Origin: Octopus sinensis | Lineage: Eukaryota | Assembly: GCF_006345805.1 (NCBI RefSeq) | Contig: NC_042998.1 | Location: 67,084,001-67,148,000 of the forward strand | Reading direction: 5' to 3' | DNA: 64,000 bases | Shown: piece after piece, positions 13,660 to 27,575 of the stretch | Position numbering within the stretch: position 1 is the stretch's first letter | How the letters are laid out: each line of letters begins with the position of its first letter | Notes under the pieces: model-generated | What the model was told of the DNA's origin: nothing | Database searches by the model: none | The model's input: only the letters and a program-made list of their open reading frames with translations | Translations under genes and position numbers: made by a program

Positions 13660-14545
13660 TATAAAACATTTTCCTCTCTGCCCTCTTCGTACCACATTTT
13701 TGCTCTGCCAAGTCCATATTTGCAGCAAAGATTCCAATGGACAATCATTGCTATATTGTCATGACGTCTTTTATATTCTTTCTGGGCTAGTGGCGTACAT
13801 TGACTGGTAATATGCCATACGGTTTCACCTTTTTCTCCACAAATTCTGCACTTATCACATTCTGTTGTCTATTCTGTATTTTATGTAACTGGTTCTTAAT
13901 GCTTGCTCTTCAGCAGCACAGTTTCCGGTTTTAAATCACTTTTACTCATCCATAGCCATTTTTCCCTCTCTCTGTCTATGAAATTGTCCATGCATACTTT
14001 TCTTTTTCCAACTATATCCAGTTTCATTCATTATCAAGTACTTGTTGAGGTCTTATCTTTGCAATCTTCCATCTTACACAAGGCTAACCTCCTTACGTTC
14101 AGTAATAGAAGTTCTGTAGCATTTTTTACGTATCATACTATGTTGTTCTCTTCTGATTTTTTTTTTTTTTGTGAATTTGTGAATTTTTGGATGGAGAATC
14201 CCATATCTAGTCCAGTACTTCCATGTCTTTCTGTCTAAGCTGTTTAGTTCATCTACTGTCCGTGCGAATACCCTGCTTGATATCTAAGGAGTGAAACTGC
14301 CCAGGTGTTGCTTCAATCTTATTTCGTCCCTTTAATTTCGACTTGAGGATCAGTCGCAGTCTGCGCAAGTACTTCACCTTAAATTTTTAGCATTGACTTC
14401 AGTGTTTAATATTAGCCTAGCTCTTTTATAATACTCCTTATTTTCTCTTTCATTTCTGTGTGTTGCACTTTAGCTATTTCATCTATTCCTAGATATTTGT
14501 AAGGTGACTGTGATTTCTGTGTCTTTGTCCAGTGTAGTGGTTTCA
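13660..14545 (-). mobile_element. R4/Dong-clade non-LTR retrotransposon fragment (RT C-terminus to CCHC finger)
   Basis: Minus-strand PYKYLGIDE..HTEMKEKI, YLRRLRLILKSKLKGRNKIEA, KGETVWHITSQCTPLAQKEYKRRHDNIAMIVHWNLCCKYGL..WY. Confidence 0.85.
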
Positions 14546-14780
14546 GTGTATGTGTATTGTGGAGGGTGTATATGTGTGTGAGTGCGTGCGTGCGTGCGTG
14601 TGTGTCTGGCTGTCTGTCAGTATGTATATTCTGATTTAGCAAATACCGCGCAGTCAGATGATGTGTTCAACTATCTCATTGTCCTGATTGCATAAGCCAC
14701 CTTTGACGTTTGGGGCTGTTTTCATTAGCTTGTTTTTATAGTTGTTTATTGTCAGGTGTTTATTATTAGCAAAACAGTGA

Positions 14781-14978
14781 AGGCGGCGGGCAGGCAGAAT
14801 CGTTAGCACACCGGAAAAAGTACTTAGAAGCATTTCCTCTGTCTTCGTATTCTGAGTTCAATTTCCACCGTGGTCGACTTTGACACTCATCCTTTCGAGG
14901 TCGATAAAGCAAGTTAAACACTGGTGGTCAATGTAATTGACTTAACCCCTCATCAGAACTTGCTGGACTTGTGCCAAA

Positions 14979-14982
<4 letters not shown>
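14781..14982 (+). mobile_element. tRNA-derived SINE (family B: GGCAGAATCGTTAGCAC...GAGTTCAA...GGTCGAT...GTGCCAAAATT)
   Basis: Pol III box-like motifs; shares body and tail with many copies in the window. Confidence 0.8.
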
Positions 14983-15028
<46 letters not shown>

Positions 15029-15077
15029 CATCATCATCATCATTTATTATTATTATTAATATTATTATTATCATTAT
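14979..15077. repeat. (ATT)n/(ATC)n microsatellite
   Basis: Visible tract. Confidence 0.95.
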
Positions 15078-15084
15078 TGAGTGA

Positions 15085-15630
15085 GAGAGCAGTGCATGTC
15101 ATAAAAGTGACACTGGGGTAAAATATACGAAGCCCAGAATACCCATCATGACTACCCGTCTGATATGGGTACACTAGGCACATGCATCAGAACCATATGT
15201 GTGTGACATGGTGATTTCATATCAAGATAAAAAGCACATGACCTTGCAGGTGGGGCCCAGTTAGAATTTTCTTCAGGTTGAGTACCCCATCCCGCTCAAA
15301 AGGTCCCTGAATAAGGGTTGTTTAAGGATTTTGAAAGAACCACCCATGTTTCCAGAGGTGAATTATTCAAACTCCAAAGAATCCCTCTCAACACATGGCT
15401 ATGATGCTCCCCCACTACTTCTACTCGTGATCAGAGATGCACATATCGTCAGCCACCAAGGGACATGCTCAACTGATTAAGGTCAAACAACTGACAAGCA
15501 AATCTGTGCTATTGAACAGAATATTTGCTGTAGCCCATCTTTTATACGAAGACAAAACAATGTACATGATAACACTTCCAATCAGTTAAGATCAGAAGCC
15601 ATGAGAGCCACTGCTTGGTATTGCATCAGC
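15085..15630. mobile_element. Probable interspersed repeat between two (ATT)n tracts, class unassigned
   Basis: GC-richer block bounded on both sides by (ATT)n. Resembles a common octopus repeat by recognition only; no second copy in the window. Confidence 0.35.
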
Positions 15631-15631
15631 A

Positions 15632-15870
15632 TTTATTATTATTATTATCATTTAATATTCTTCTTCTTTCTTCTTCTTCTTATTATTATTATTATTATTA
15701 TTATTATTTTATTATTATTATTATTATATATATTATTATTATTATTATTATTATTATCATTATTATTATTATTATTATTATTTTATTTATTATGATTATT
15801 ATTATTATTATTAATTATTATTATTATATTATTATTATTGTTGTTGTTGTTGTTGTTGTTATTATTATCA
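15632..15870. repeat. (ATT)n/(GTT)n microsatellite
   Basis: Visible tract. Confidence 0.95.
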
Positions 15871-16832
15871 TAAGCGAATTGACAGTATCGTTTGAACCTG
15901 TTTCAGAATTTTACTGTATGCTTCCAAATTTCGTCGAGTTCAACTTTCCCATTTATCCTTTCGGGCTTGATAATATAGAGTAATTGTCAAATAACAAGAC
16001 GCAATTGTCAGGTAACAAGACGTGGCCCTCCCCTCAAAATTATTGACTTTTGTTCAAAGCATTATTCTAATTGCTTGTGGTGTTGTTGATGTTGGTGTTG
16101 TGTCTATTTTTATAATTATTAACAAAATCCTCTTCATCGTCAACATTACTACTGCTACTGCGTTTGTTGTTGCTACTAATAGTACAGATTTATATTACTG
16201 CCTATTGATATCTGCCAACAAATAAGCATAAAATATTACTATATTTTATAGACATATTGTCTATGTCCATATCCAATACAGATATATGTACATATTGTAT
16301 ACATGAACATATGTGTATGTCTGATATCTATTTCTGTGTGTGTTAATATGTGTGCTTGTTTATCTGTGTGTATTTGAGTATTTAATAAGCACTAGAAGAC
16401 CAACGTGTGCACACGCACACTCAGAGAGATGTAGAATACGTACATATAGCTGTATTAGATATCGACATAGACAATATGTCTATAAAATATAGACATATTT
16501 TATGCATATTTGTAGATACTTATCAATAGACAGTAATATCACAGTAGTAGAAGCAGTAGTTGTAATTGTGCATATAGTGGTAGTGGTGGCGGCGGTGTTG
16601 ATAATGATGATAACCCTTTTTAATGTATGCACAAGTACAGCTATTCTTAAGTGGAGAAGATTACTGAATAGCATCGACACCCGTATTTGACTGGTGCTTA
16701 ATTTTATCAATCGCAAATAAATGAGTAGCATATTTAAATTTCGGTGGGTTTCAATTGGTACCCAGGAGAAATACTGCACAGCATTTTTTCCAATGCTCTC
16801 AATATTCTGCTAGTTCCCTGCTTTAATAATAA

Positions 16833-17045
16833 TGATTTCAAATTTTGGCACGAAGCCAGTAAATCTCGGGTGAAGGGTTAAGTCGAATACATTGATCCCA
16901 GAGTCCAACTGGTAATATTGTATCGACGGCGAAAGGGATAACAATAGAAATTGACTACGGCGGAATTTGAACTAGAGAAATAAGGATGAACAGTAGGCCG
17001 TCAATTGTTTTTCTCGGTTTGCTAACGGTTCTGCCATCTCCCTGC
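16833..17045 (-). mobile_element. tRNA-derived SINE family B
   Basis: Reverse complement of GGCAGAA.CGTTAGC ... TTCAAATTCCGCC ... GTGCCAAAATTTGAAA. Confidence 0.75.
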
Positions 17046-17739
17046 TTTCACACCGTTGCTACCAGTAATGAGAATAATGGTGAGTGTTTAGTAGATAACT
17101 CAACATATACACAAATATAGAGACAAGTACATACACATGCACATCCATACTAATGTCTGTGTGTTTGCTTATTTGTATGTGTGTAGTGCGCGCACCGGAG
17201 TATAACATATGTGTGTAGTAGAAATGAAGATATGGAATATTTGGTTTTTGCAAATGTATCAGTAAAGAATATCCTCTTAATATTATTCTAAAGAATATTA
17301 TTCTTAGCAAAACTAAATACTTGGTTACTAATATTCAAATCTGCTTTCGATCAAAACATTAATATTAAATGTTGCTTTTCCTCTATCACCTTTTTCAATT
17401 TTTTTCTGTGTGTCATAAAATACAGTACATACCATATAAAGTTGGAAGCATTGTTTTTCCATTTATTATTTATATAGCCATCAAATCTTGACTGTGCGAA
17501 CAGGAAATATAAAGTACAAGCCTTTAATAACAAGAGTTTCATGTTTTAACGCAGACAGAATAGTTATTGTTTCAAAGTCTGACATTTTTGTTTCGTGGAG
17601 CGTTCCAGATTTAAGACACTTTTAGGAGAAGCAGTTATAATTGTCGTAGATTATTGTAATTTTAGTATATCGTTATTAATAAGCTAGCCTGCCAACTTTT
17701 GTAATTCTAGATTGAGGGAGACGCTGTAACAGTACTTTG

Positions 17740-18375
17740 AACACACTCTACGAAACACTGTCCCAGCTGCCATTTTTGCAGAATGCATTCAGCATGTGAA
17801 GCCGATTTAGTAACTCGTTGTGCAATAAACTGGGCAAAAACGCTACAAACTGAGCATGGAGCCGAGTATCTGTTTTTCGCTGGTACAACGAGACTAAGCA
17901 AATCAAGTCCACCGGAGAGCGCATGACTATCGCTTTTTCAACAATTGAGACGTTAGCTGTGTCTACAGGATCCCCTCTGGCCAGACAGTCGATAAATTTT
18001 ACTTTGTGGAGGTTTTGAGGGGGAGTTAAGGAAGAGATTTCGTCGAATGAGCCAAGCGCAACTGCACCAGGAAATACACCAGTCCTCAATTCCATCCTGG
18101 TAACCAAATATTTGACTGAGATGAATCATCAGAACTGTCTACCACCCTCCCATCTGTGCAGGGCTTGCTTCTGTATCATTTGGATGTTCTCTAAGCTGAA
18201 GGACAAGTTAAAGGAGGCTGTAACAAATGTCCTGCACACTTTGATTTTCGAGGACTTCCATGATACCGCCTCGAAGTGGATGAACTGCAGAGGATCCAAT
18301 TTAAAGGATATTAGAGTGTTGTATTTATGTGAAAGTAATAAATATCTTTCTTGAAAAATGTCTCAAAACTCATAG
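17740..18375 (+). mobile_element. Mariner (Tc1/mariner) transposase relic
   Basis: Broken translation GQTVDKFYFVEVLR, PVLNSILVTKYLTEM, decayed PPYSPDLAPCDFWLFPKLK, KEAVTNVLHTLIFEDFH. Confidence 0.85.
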
Positions 18376-18599
18376 AATGCATTTTATATGAAACATTTCA
18401 GGAAATATAAAGGAGAACAAATATAGTAAATTCATTTAAATATAAGGGAAGTGAGTATTACAGTAGATTTCACAACTGGTCTGTCCATATATTGTTTATT
18501 GTATTAGATTTTGAATGGCTTAAAATTCTGCTGAAAGTCTATACCGTTACCATTTTCCTAAATGTGTGATGCGAGTGAAAATTCTGCTCATCATTAAAC

Positions 18600-18770
18600 A
18601 GACGTCGGCACACATTCTGTCAAAATAATTTTACCCAGGTTACTCATTCATCGATATTTTGAGATTAGGGATAGGAAACAACTGTCCAAAATTCCACGCA
18701 TTAGGATCGAAGACAGCATCTCATGTCTAGGAAGGGAAGTAGTTAATCAACTGGCCATGTCTACGCCGAA
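18600..18770 (-). mobile_element. Old tRNA-derived SINE head
   Basis: Minus strand GTAGACATGGCCAGTTGATTAA (A-box-like) ... GTCTTCGATCC (B-box-like). Confidence 0.4.
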
Positions 18771-19666
18771 ATAATCCCTTGAAAGTAAATAGATTCATTG
18801 ATAAATATGACTAGATTAAACTAGTATGAAGGTTGTGTATGAATATTTAAAGTACATAATCTAATGCTTTCAGCATAAATATTTTTCATGAATAGCTATA
18901 TAGATTTGTGGTCCTACCTACCTAACTGGCTGCGTACATAGGTTTGCACATAGATAAATAAATAGTTAGGACAAGAACAATTTAGAACCAACTGTGAAAA
19001 TATTAATTAAAAATGTTTTTGCTTATAGCGGTAAAATTCTCTGCCTTGTATATTCATACACATGAGAACGTATGTTTTTTGTTTTTATCATTTATTAGGA
19101 TGATGTTTCAAAATACGAGAGGAATGAAACTTCTAGAAAACCAAAAATATATACACAACACTGCACAATGAATATACAATGTTGGAAAGATATGAAATAT
19201 GAATAGATATGGAGTTAGGCCTATAACGTAAAGTGAAATCTCCAGAGAGACTCATTAAAAATTTAGCTACGAATAGCGGACAGAATAATTTTTATTTATC
19301 ACTTTGAGAAATGCATGTAAATATAGATTTATATTCGCTTACACAAAGTTATATTATTGTGATATTCATACTCCAGCATGGCCGAAGTCAAATGAATGAA
19401 ACAACTAAAAGAATACAATTGAATATATTTTATGCGAATGCACGTGTACCTCACTATAATCTTTGAAAATCAGAAAGGAGTTCAACTGCAGGCAAAACAA
19501 AATCTACTAGGAATGCTCAATGGACATTTTTAATTACACCCACCCACCCACATACGCACACACACATACATGCACACGCACACGCATGCATACATGCATA
19601 CATATATATATATAATATATATGTGTATTATATTTTATATTTATAAATATATACATGTATTATATG

Positions 19667-19711
<45 letters not shown>

Positions 19712-20350
19712 AGCTACTGAAAACAGGAAAATATAATGCAATATGCATATTTCTATCAATATATATACATATATATATACTTATACACATGCACAAGCGA
19801 GAGTGAGGAGAGGTGTAAAACTACATAATATTTGTTTCTGCAAACACAGCGGGCGACAGAGAATCCGTAACAGAAGAGCAAAACGAAAGGAAATTTGAAA
19901 TTTCTTTAACTATACAATCTTTCACGGCAATGAATTTACATACTGTAAACAGTCTGATGCAGCTTGTAGAAATCACATTTCTGAAATTCCTTGAAGACTT
20001 GTCGCTGCAGAATGACAGAATGAATATAGTTTTAGTTACACCAAGAGAATTAATATAATTAATTCTTAAAATACACCTGAAATTCAACTTGAGGCTAAAA
20101 CCTAAACCAACATTACTACGAAAGAATGCGATAGAGATGGTTTACTGAGATATAGCGTCGCATAATGTAGACTGAAGTTGATGATTTTCCTTTTAAAAAT
20201 GTAACAAAAATCTTTGTCATGAAAACTTGTATGTGTACATTACATACTAATGCATATACATATGTATATATATATATAATTGTGTGTGTATGTATGTGTA
20301 TGTATACTTACATATATGGAGATATAGATATATTTCTAAATATATATATG

Positions 20351-20543
20351 TATATTACATACATATAAGAGGGATGGCCACTAAGTGGACATCCATTATG
20401 TAAGAAGTAGACCCCCATGGTCTTACCACTAAAAAGGATTGTTCTCAAGAAAATCCTTTCTTAATGTTAACACCATAAGGGATCTACTTGTAGCATAATG
20501 GATGTCCACTTAGTGGGCATCCCACTTATATGTATGTAATATA
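20351..20543. mobile_element. MITE with ~50-65 bp terminal inverted repeats, TA-flanked
   Basis: Left TATATTACATACATATAAGAGGGATGGCCACTAAGTGGACATCCATTATG; right end is its near reverse complement. Same family as 27334-27575. Confidence 0.85.
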
Positions 20544-20809
20544 ACTTTTTCTGAATCTTCAGATTTTTCAGTATGCTAGACCACTAGTTTTAAATTGATA
20601 TTAATCAGATTAATATTCTATTTTTCACCCTTATTCTTTTAAATTTATAAATATATGTATATATACATGTGTGTGCGTCCGTAAGTATATGCATATATAC
20701 ATATATTTAATGATATATGCTTTAATATATACATATGACCTGCATGTATAAAAGTCCATGTATATATATATATATATATAATAATAATATAATAATATAT
20801 TATATATAA

Positions 20810-20869
<60 letters not shown>

Positions 20870-21334
20870 CAGGGTGAGTACTTGATAATTGTAAGCACTG
20901 TATATACCGTTTGGTGGTGTATTTTTTATTTTTTATTTTTTTTTATAATTTTATACCTTATATTCATTATATTTTTTTTATATTTTTTTTATATCTCTAT
21001 TTCTTTATAATCTACATTTTTATGTTTCTATACTTACATTTTTTATATATCTTTTATCCTTCGTCCTGAATTATCGCCCCTCCATCTTTATCTCTATTTG
21101 TTCTTATTACCAGGTTCATTCACGTATGTCTGTATTTATATATGTGTACATTTATTTTTTCATTTATTTATATTACCTCAACATCCAATCTTCCTCATTC
21201 TACATTGAGAGAAGGACGAGATGGACGCTTCATTTTTATGCTGTTGCCGCATTATGTCGTACGCGAATGAGAGGATTTGCATCCCCAACGTAGAATTTTT
21301 GATGTAATACATGTCCTTGAGGTAGTAGTTATGC

Positions 21335-21411
21335 GCGGCTGAAGAAGGCCACAGACACACCTTATGCATTGTTATAAATCCGTCTAATAAGGCCCGAAAC
21401 ATATGTACCGT
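21335..21411 (+). ncRNA. Type I minimal hammerhead ribozyme motif (Penelope-like)
   Basis: GCGG-CTGAAGA-A-GGCC-(40 nt)-GGCC-C-GAAA-CATATGT-A-CCGT. Core intact; stem I is 4 bp; palindromic stem III ACATATGT; GUA cleavage triplet (after 21407). Position 10.1/11.1 is A.C. Confidence 0.65.
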
Positions 21412-21445
21412 TGAATCTTGGCATCATGTTTTTATTTTGATTAAT

Positions 21446-21519
<74 letters not shown>

Positions 21520-21800
21520 CTAATACACATTGTTTGTTTGTATTCCACCTGCCTTCGTCTTTGTTTATTTCCGTAAACCTGCCTTCGTCTTTTGTCTATT
21601 TTCATAAAGCTTCCCGTTATATATATATATTATAATATATATATATATATATAATATATATATAATAATATATATATATATAATATATATATATATATTC
21701 TATATATACATACATATATATATATATGTATGTTTCGCTTTGAAACAAACCGCTCTCCTCAGAAAAAGATGACCAGAGAGATTTCCATAATAAAGGATAA
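21520..21800. mobile_element. Penelope-pLTR-like repeat pieces around an (AT)n tract, with partial HHR on minus strand (21732-21762)
   Basis: 21541-21600 matches the reverse complement of 32530-32575. Minus strand CTGAGGA-GAGC...GC-GAAAC is truncated by the microsatellite. Confidence 0.5.
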
Positions 21801-22643
21801 ACCATTTTTAAGAATGTATATCAGTACAAGAAACCAAAGTAATTACATTGTTTCCTTATTTTATATTTGAAGAATGCGTTTATGGAAGTTTAATTTCAAT
21901 CCTTTTCCTATATAATTCTTTGTATATTTAATATAATAAATTCGCTAAGTTATGAATTACTATATCCCGTATCCCCAAATTCTAATTCCCAGCGTTCGAG
22001 CTTATATTACTGATCTCTTTTGTTTTTCTTTTTTCATTATATTTTTATTTGATAATCTAAAGAAGTACTGACCAACCCTATCCTTCCTTCTTACAGATAT
22101 CGCCTTTATCCCATCAATCATTCTCTTGCTAGTAGCTCTGAGAATATCATTTTATGTAGATAAATCTAGATATATAGTTTCAGTAGAATAAGGGTCTGTG
22201 AGGTTGTCTGACATTATTTGATTTATCACCATCAACTAGAAACACAGTTGACTACTCCCAATGTATTTAATTTTAAATTGTTGTAGACTACATGCATCAT
22301 AAAACCTTCTTAGTATAAAAAGCTTTCTCACCACTATTTTTCTTGATCCCCTCTATTTTCCTCTGCTACTCTCTAAATTATAGTAGGCTTAATAAGATAT
22401 GCAGTTTTTTTTTCTGCCACAAATATAACATAAGGAAACGATGTAATTATTTTGATTTCTGTTACCGATATATAAGTTTGTTAAAAATGATTTATACTTC
22501 ATGTTGGAAGTTTGTATGATCATCTACTTCTAAGGGGAGCTGTTTCTTTCAAATTGATGTAATGCTATCATTGATCGATTAAATGGTACTGCTCGAAACG
22601 GCCGTAATGTATTGATATCTGGACATCCTTGTTACTTATTTAC

Positions 22644-22695
<52 letters not shown>

Positions 22696-22755
22696 ATATG
22701 TGTGGTGAGTGTGTGTGTGTGTATGTGTGTATGTATAAATATATTTAAACATATA

Positions 22756-23140
22756 AGGACAGCATGGCTGTGTGGTAAGATGCTTGCTTCCCAACCACAC
22801 GTTCCGGGTTCAGTCCCACAGCGTGGCACCTTGATCAAGTATTTTGTACTATAGCCTCAGGCCGACCAGAGCCTTGTGAGTGAATTTGGTAGATGGAAAC
22901 CGAGAGAAGCCCGTCGTATATACATATGTATATATTTCTGTATCTGCAGTTGTCCCACCACCATCGCTTGACAACCGATGTTTGTGCGTTTATGTCCAGT
23001 ATTCTAGCGTTTAGGCAAAGAGACTGATAGAATAAATACTAGGCTTACAAAGAATAAGTCCTTCGTTCAGTATTTTCGACTAAAAGGCGCTGGTGTAGCA
23101 TGAGCGTAGTCAAACGACTGAAACAAATAAAAGAATAAAA
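22756..23140 (+). mobile_element. tRNA-derived SINE family A (short internal microsatellite)
   Basis: TGGCTGTGTGGTAAG, GGGTTCAGTCC, GAAGCCCGTCG-(AT)-GTTGTCCCACC..., tail GACTGAAACAAATAAAAGAATAAAA. Confidence 0.85.
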
Positions 23141-23182
23141 TACTAAAAGAATATATATGTGTATATATATATAAGTATGTAT

Positions 23183-23272
<90 letters not shown>

Positions 23273-23506
23273 CATATATATAGTCAGTTCAAATAAAAGG
23301 ATACAAATACAGAAACGAGAATCAACAAATGTCAGAATGTGAACAAGAAGTATATTCCCCTGATGCTCGGTGGAAGGAGAGAGTATAATGTTTCGAGCAT
23401 ACCTCTTCGTCGGAAAGGAGGAAGGGAAAAGTCCAAAGAAGGAGAAGAAATTACCAACGGGCGAAGTTCAGTTATACACACACATACACACACACATACA
23501 CACACA

Positions 23507-23613
<107 letters not shown>

Positions 23614-24952
23614 GACAAGAAGAATACGGTTCCTAACAATGATTCCATAGTTGGAATGTAGATTATAAAAATGTCACGTTTTAAACATGGGGAAAGGTTT
23701 GAATACTGCTGTAATCTGACTTACAAATTGTGTTTCTAATGTACGTGTTAGTTGGACGATTTTCTTTTAGAAAAACCCTAGATTATGTAGAGCGACACTT
23801 CGGCATTTACACAGAAATGTGTATTTATATTATGGATATAAAAGCTTGAAGTTTCTAAACAGTTTTCAGTAGTTATCTTCTTTCTCTCTGATTTATAATG
23901 TAATGTACACATCGGTAGAGCAGCCTTTGCTGCAATATTAACAATCGTAATAATTATGATGAAAGAAATTTTAAATTGCGATACTATATTGAATACAAGG
24001 GGAAGCGGAAAGTTCTCTCATTAGCGAATATTTTTGTTGCCATTTATATACTAACTTGCACAAATCAATCGAATTAAAAACTATTTATTTATGCCAACCA
24101 TATGAAGAAACTTTTGCAGGCAAGGGAGATAAGTAACTGCAGCTATTTATTAAAATCAATATCGGTTCAAAGTTTGGTACATGCCCACAAATTCGGGGAA
24201 GTGAGGAGTAAGCCTATATACATTAATACGCGACTTTTCAGACCATTGGAATTCGGCATCATGACTCACTGCTCATGCGCCCACGCTCGAGAACACACAT
24301 CCATACACACAAACACACACACATCACACGCACCACATACACACATACACACCACACGCTCAACACACACTTATTTTTGTATGTATATGTGCTTGTGTGC
24401 GTGTATGCGTGTGTGTGTATGTATGATTTTGGAAGTGTTTTCCACATGGAAGCATTAGCAGATTAGCAGCGTTGTTAATGCACAAATGTGTGTGTGTGTA
24501 TACATATATGCGCTACTTACATTACGTACAATATACAGTCAAACAAACGCAAGTAATTAACAGTTTATCGCAGCAGTATACTTCTCAAAGATTCTTAGAC
24601 GTAGATCGCCACCAATATCATGATTTTAGCAAATGTATAAACCTCTTCACAGCTTGTACTTTTTTTTAGATTATACACCAGACTGATAGCGAAATCCGAA
24701 TTAGCCAATATTACATTATCTTGGCTCTCGTACATTACACACGTTAGCAGCGTCAGTGATGAATTATAACCTAATTCGGTATTTAATCAATATTTAATCA
24801 ACACACAAGTTTAATTAACGTTACCACCTTGTTTCACACATCAACATAACATTTATATGTGCATAGTGTATATATGTGTGTGAGTGTGTGCGTGTGTGTG
24901 TGTAGTATATATATATATCTATATCTATATCTATATATATATACACACACAA

Positions 24953-25009
<57 letters not shown>

Positions 25010-25966
25010 TACATATATTCGTCCATACCTACATATGTATATATGCATATAGTTAAAATATAGAAGTGTATATAATTATATTTTTATTACTTTCTAATCT
25101 CTCACATAATTTTAGGAAATACAAAAACAATATATTACATGCTTATCGATTTTACAGATTTGTATTTCTATTCTTGAATTTGTAGTCACGATATAGTTGA
25201 TAGGTTTGTTGCAATTTTTTCTTGCTATTTCATAAACCTCGAAGCCCGCAAAACGCTCCACCTATTATACACGTTAAATATAAGCGTAAATCCTCACATT
25301 GCGTAGTATCTACTGCGATGATAGAAACAGCAGTTTTAAATGCCACGTGTAATTCATCCGACCACAATGTTTAATTCGGTTTTGCCACCACACGATTAAA
25401 ATCTTGTGCTGTACCAAATCAATATCAAAAAGTCCGTCTCCAAACACCACTCACTGTGGTTGACCTCCGGATACAATGATTGCTGGGTCCAGACAAAATT
25501 CTACATATGTAAATATTACACACATTCTAACTTCTCCCAACATATTTGTGCATAATATACAAAGTTGACATTTTCATTTAATTCACAATGAATTTTATTT
25601 AATATTTGATTTTATTAGAATTCTTCTCATTTAAGCCATGCAAAATCACATATTAATTTTTTTTTAATTTCCTCTTAATCAAATACCATTTGAACAGGCA
25701 ACGTATTTATTCATCCTCAAGAAGTTTCATTCACAGCCGTATACAGCTACTGAGTAGTTTATTCGCTGCCATCTGTTACATTTATATTTAAATGTTGTCA
25801 ACATAACGAAAAGTGGGTTTATCTATCAACACGTCAAAGTTCCTTCCAGCCCGATCGATAGTTCGCAACATTTGGTCACAATTTCATGTCTCACTCATGC
25901 AGGCCTGCTCTAGAAATGATAAATAATATGAATAGATATCAAAATAATTAGTTTATATATTGATAA

Positions 25967-25980
25967 AATTATTATAATTA

Positions 25981-26022
<42 letters not shown>

Positions 26023-26030
26023 TATTATTA

Positions 26031-26084
<54 letters not shown>
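25967..26084. repeat. (ATT)n microsatellite
   Basis: Visible tract. Confidence 0.95.
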
Positions 26085-26124
26085 TGCGTTTGCACACCTT
26101 CTAACGCTGGAGATGTACTACAGT

Positions 26125-26660
26125 GTCAGTTGTTCACTACCAGTGAACTAAGGTAACACCTCTTATTTTTCGTACACCTTCCGAAGTATTCGAATGGTTG
26201 CAAGCAATGTTGTTTTCTGCAAGTGCTTTGATATGACTGGTGTGTCCTGGAGCTCATGCAAACGAATTTTGTGCGAGTAATTACGAATGAAAAGAGATAC
26301 AAAATTTGTCTCGCTTCCTCAAGGAAGATCAAAAGCAGTCACGACCGAATGCTTTTCGTAAACTGAAAGAATGTTTGGAAGTTGATCCAGACCTTTTTTC
26401 GAAGGTCATCACTGGTGACGAGAGCTAGTGCTACGGAATTTGCAGATGTAGAGCAGATGAAGTAAAAAAAAAAACGACGGAAGCGTTTAAAGGCATCATT
26501 TCGCAAGAGTTCCAGCTCTGTTCCCAACAATGGAAAAATGTATGGACCGATGCTTTGCTTCAAATAAAGAATACTTTGAAGGCAATAGGCGTCTAACATG
26601 TAAAAGTAAGGAATAAAATAATATTACAAAATTTTGGTTTTCTTTCGAGTACACCCTCTT
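26125..26660 (+). mobile_element. Internally deleted mariner relic
   Basis: SWSSCKRIL...LRMKR, DPDLFSKVITGDES*CY joined directly to FADVEQMK..TTEAFKGI...WKKCMDRCFASNKEYFEG. TIR-like end ...GTACACCCTCTTA. Confidence 0.85.
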
Positions 26661-27282
26661 ATATATAAAATGCTTTAGTTACACCATCAGTTAAGGAATG
26701 AATGTGACGACTTTATTTTAAACATTTTTTCTCTGGCTTGCCTGGAGATTTGCTGGGAAATTTGAAGCGTTACAGTTTCCTCGTATTAATATGTATAATA
26801 TATATGGAAACCTCAAAATTTGCGGCAAGCACGAAACAAAATCTTTCATTTGTCTCGCTGCTCCTTTCTTCAGAGACAGCGACACGGATTTCAAATCCAT
26901 CTCAGGAAAGAAGACAATCGAATTCTGTAGTGCACCGGAAATTGTAAATACAAGGCTCACTTTACTTGATCTTTACCAATCTTACTAAAATATAAGCGAT
27001 ACACGTCACTATATATCATTACTGTGCCTATCAATTCGTGATTCTGCATTGTGAGTGAGATATCTGTATTTTAATAGGAACACTTTCACTGAAGAATCCC
27101 AGAAACTTATAAACTAGTTTGGACATTCTAGCGATTATCGAATGTCGACTTGCATCTATCCTTACTAACTTCCTATCTGTCGTATATCTAACCAAACACT
27201 TAGAAACTATTATAGAAATATGCATGGGCTTGCACGAATACTGCTAGTGGAATGTTCACGTATATTGCATATACACCATTGA

Positions 27283-27313
<31 letters not shown>

Positions 27314-27333
27314 ATTCATCTATCTATCTGTTT

Positions 27334-27416
27334 CCTCCCTCTAGCAGAATGGTTGTCCACTTAGTGGTCATCCCCCTTATATGTATGTAATTATATATTA
27401 TAAATATATTATATAT

Positions 27417-27450
<34 letters not shown>

Positions 27451-27575
27451 ATATATTTATAATATATAATTACATACATATAAGGGGGATGACCACTAAG
27501 TGGACAGCCATTCTGCTAGAGGGAGGCCCTATATGGTCTGAACACTTAGAAAATATTGTTCTCAAGAAAATTCAG
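27334..27575. repeat. Foldback palindrome (27334-27526) of MITE ends around (AT)n, plus MITE interior
   Basis: The two arms are reverse complements with one mismatch outside the AT tract. 27527-27575 resembles the interior of the 20351 MITE. Confidence 0.85.

Noticed and set aside
19821-20087. Frames open on both strands (70-88 aa)
   Set aside because: No recognisable domain or convincing splice-site pair; length is within chance expectation.
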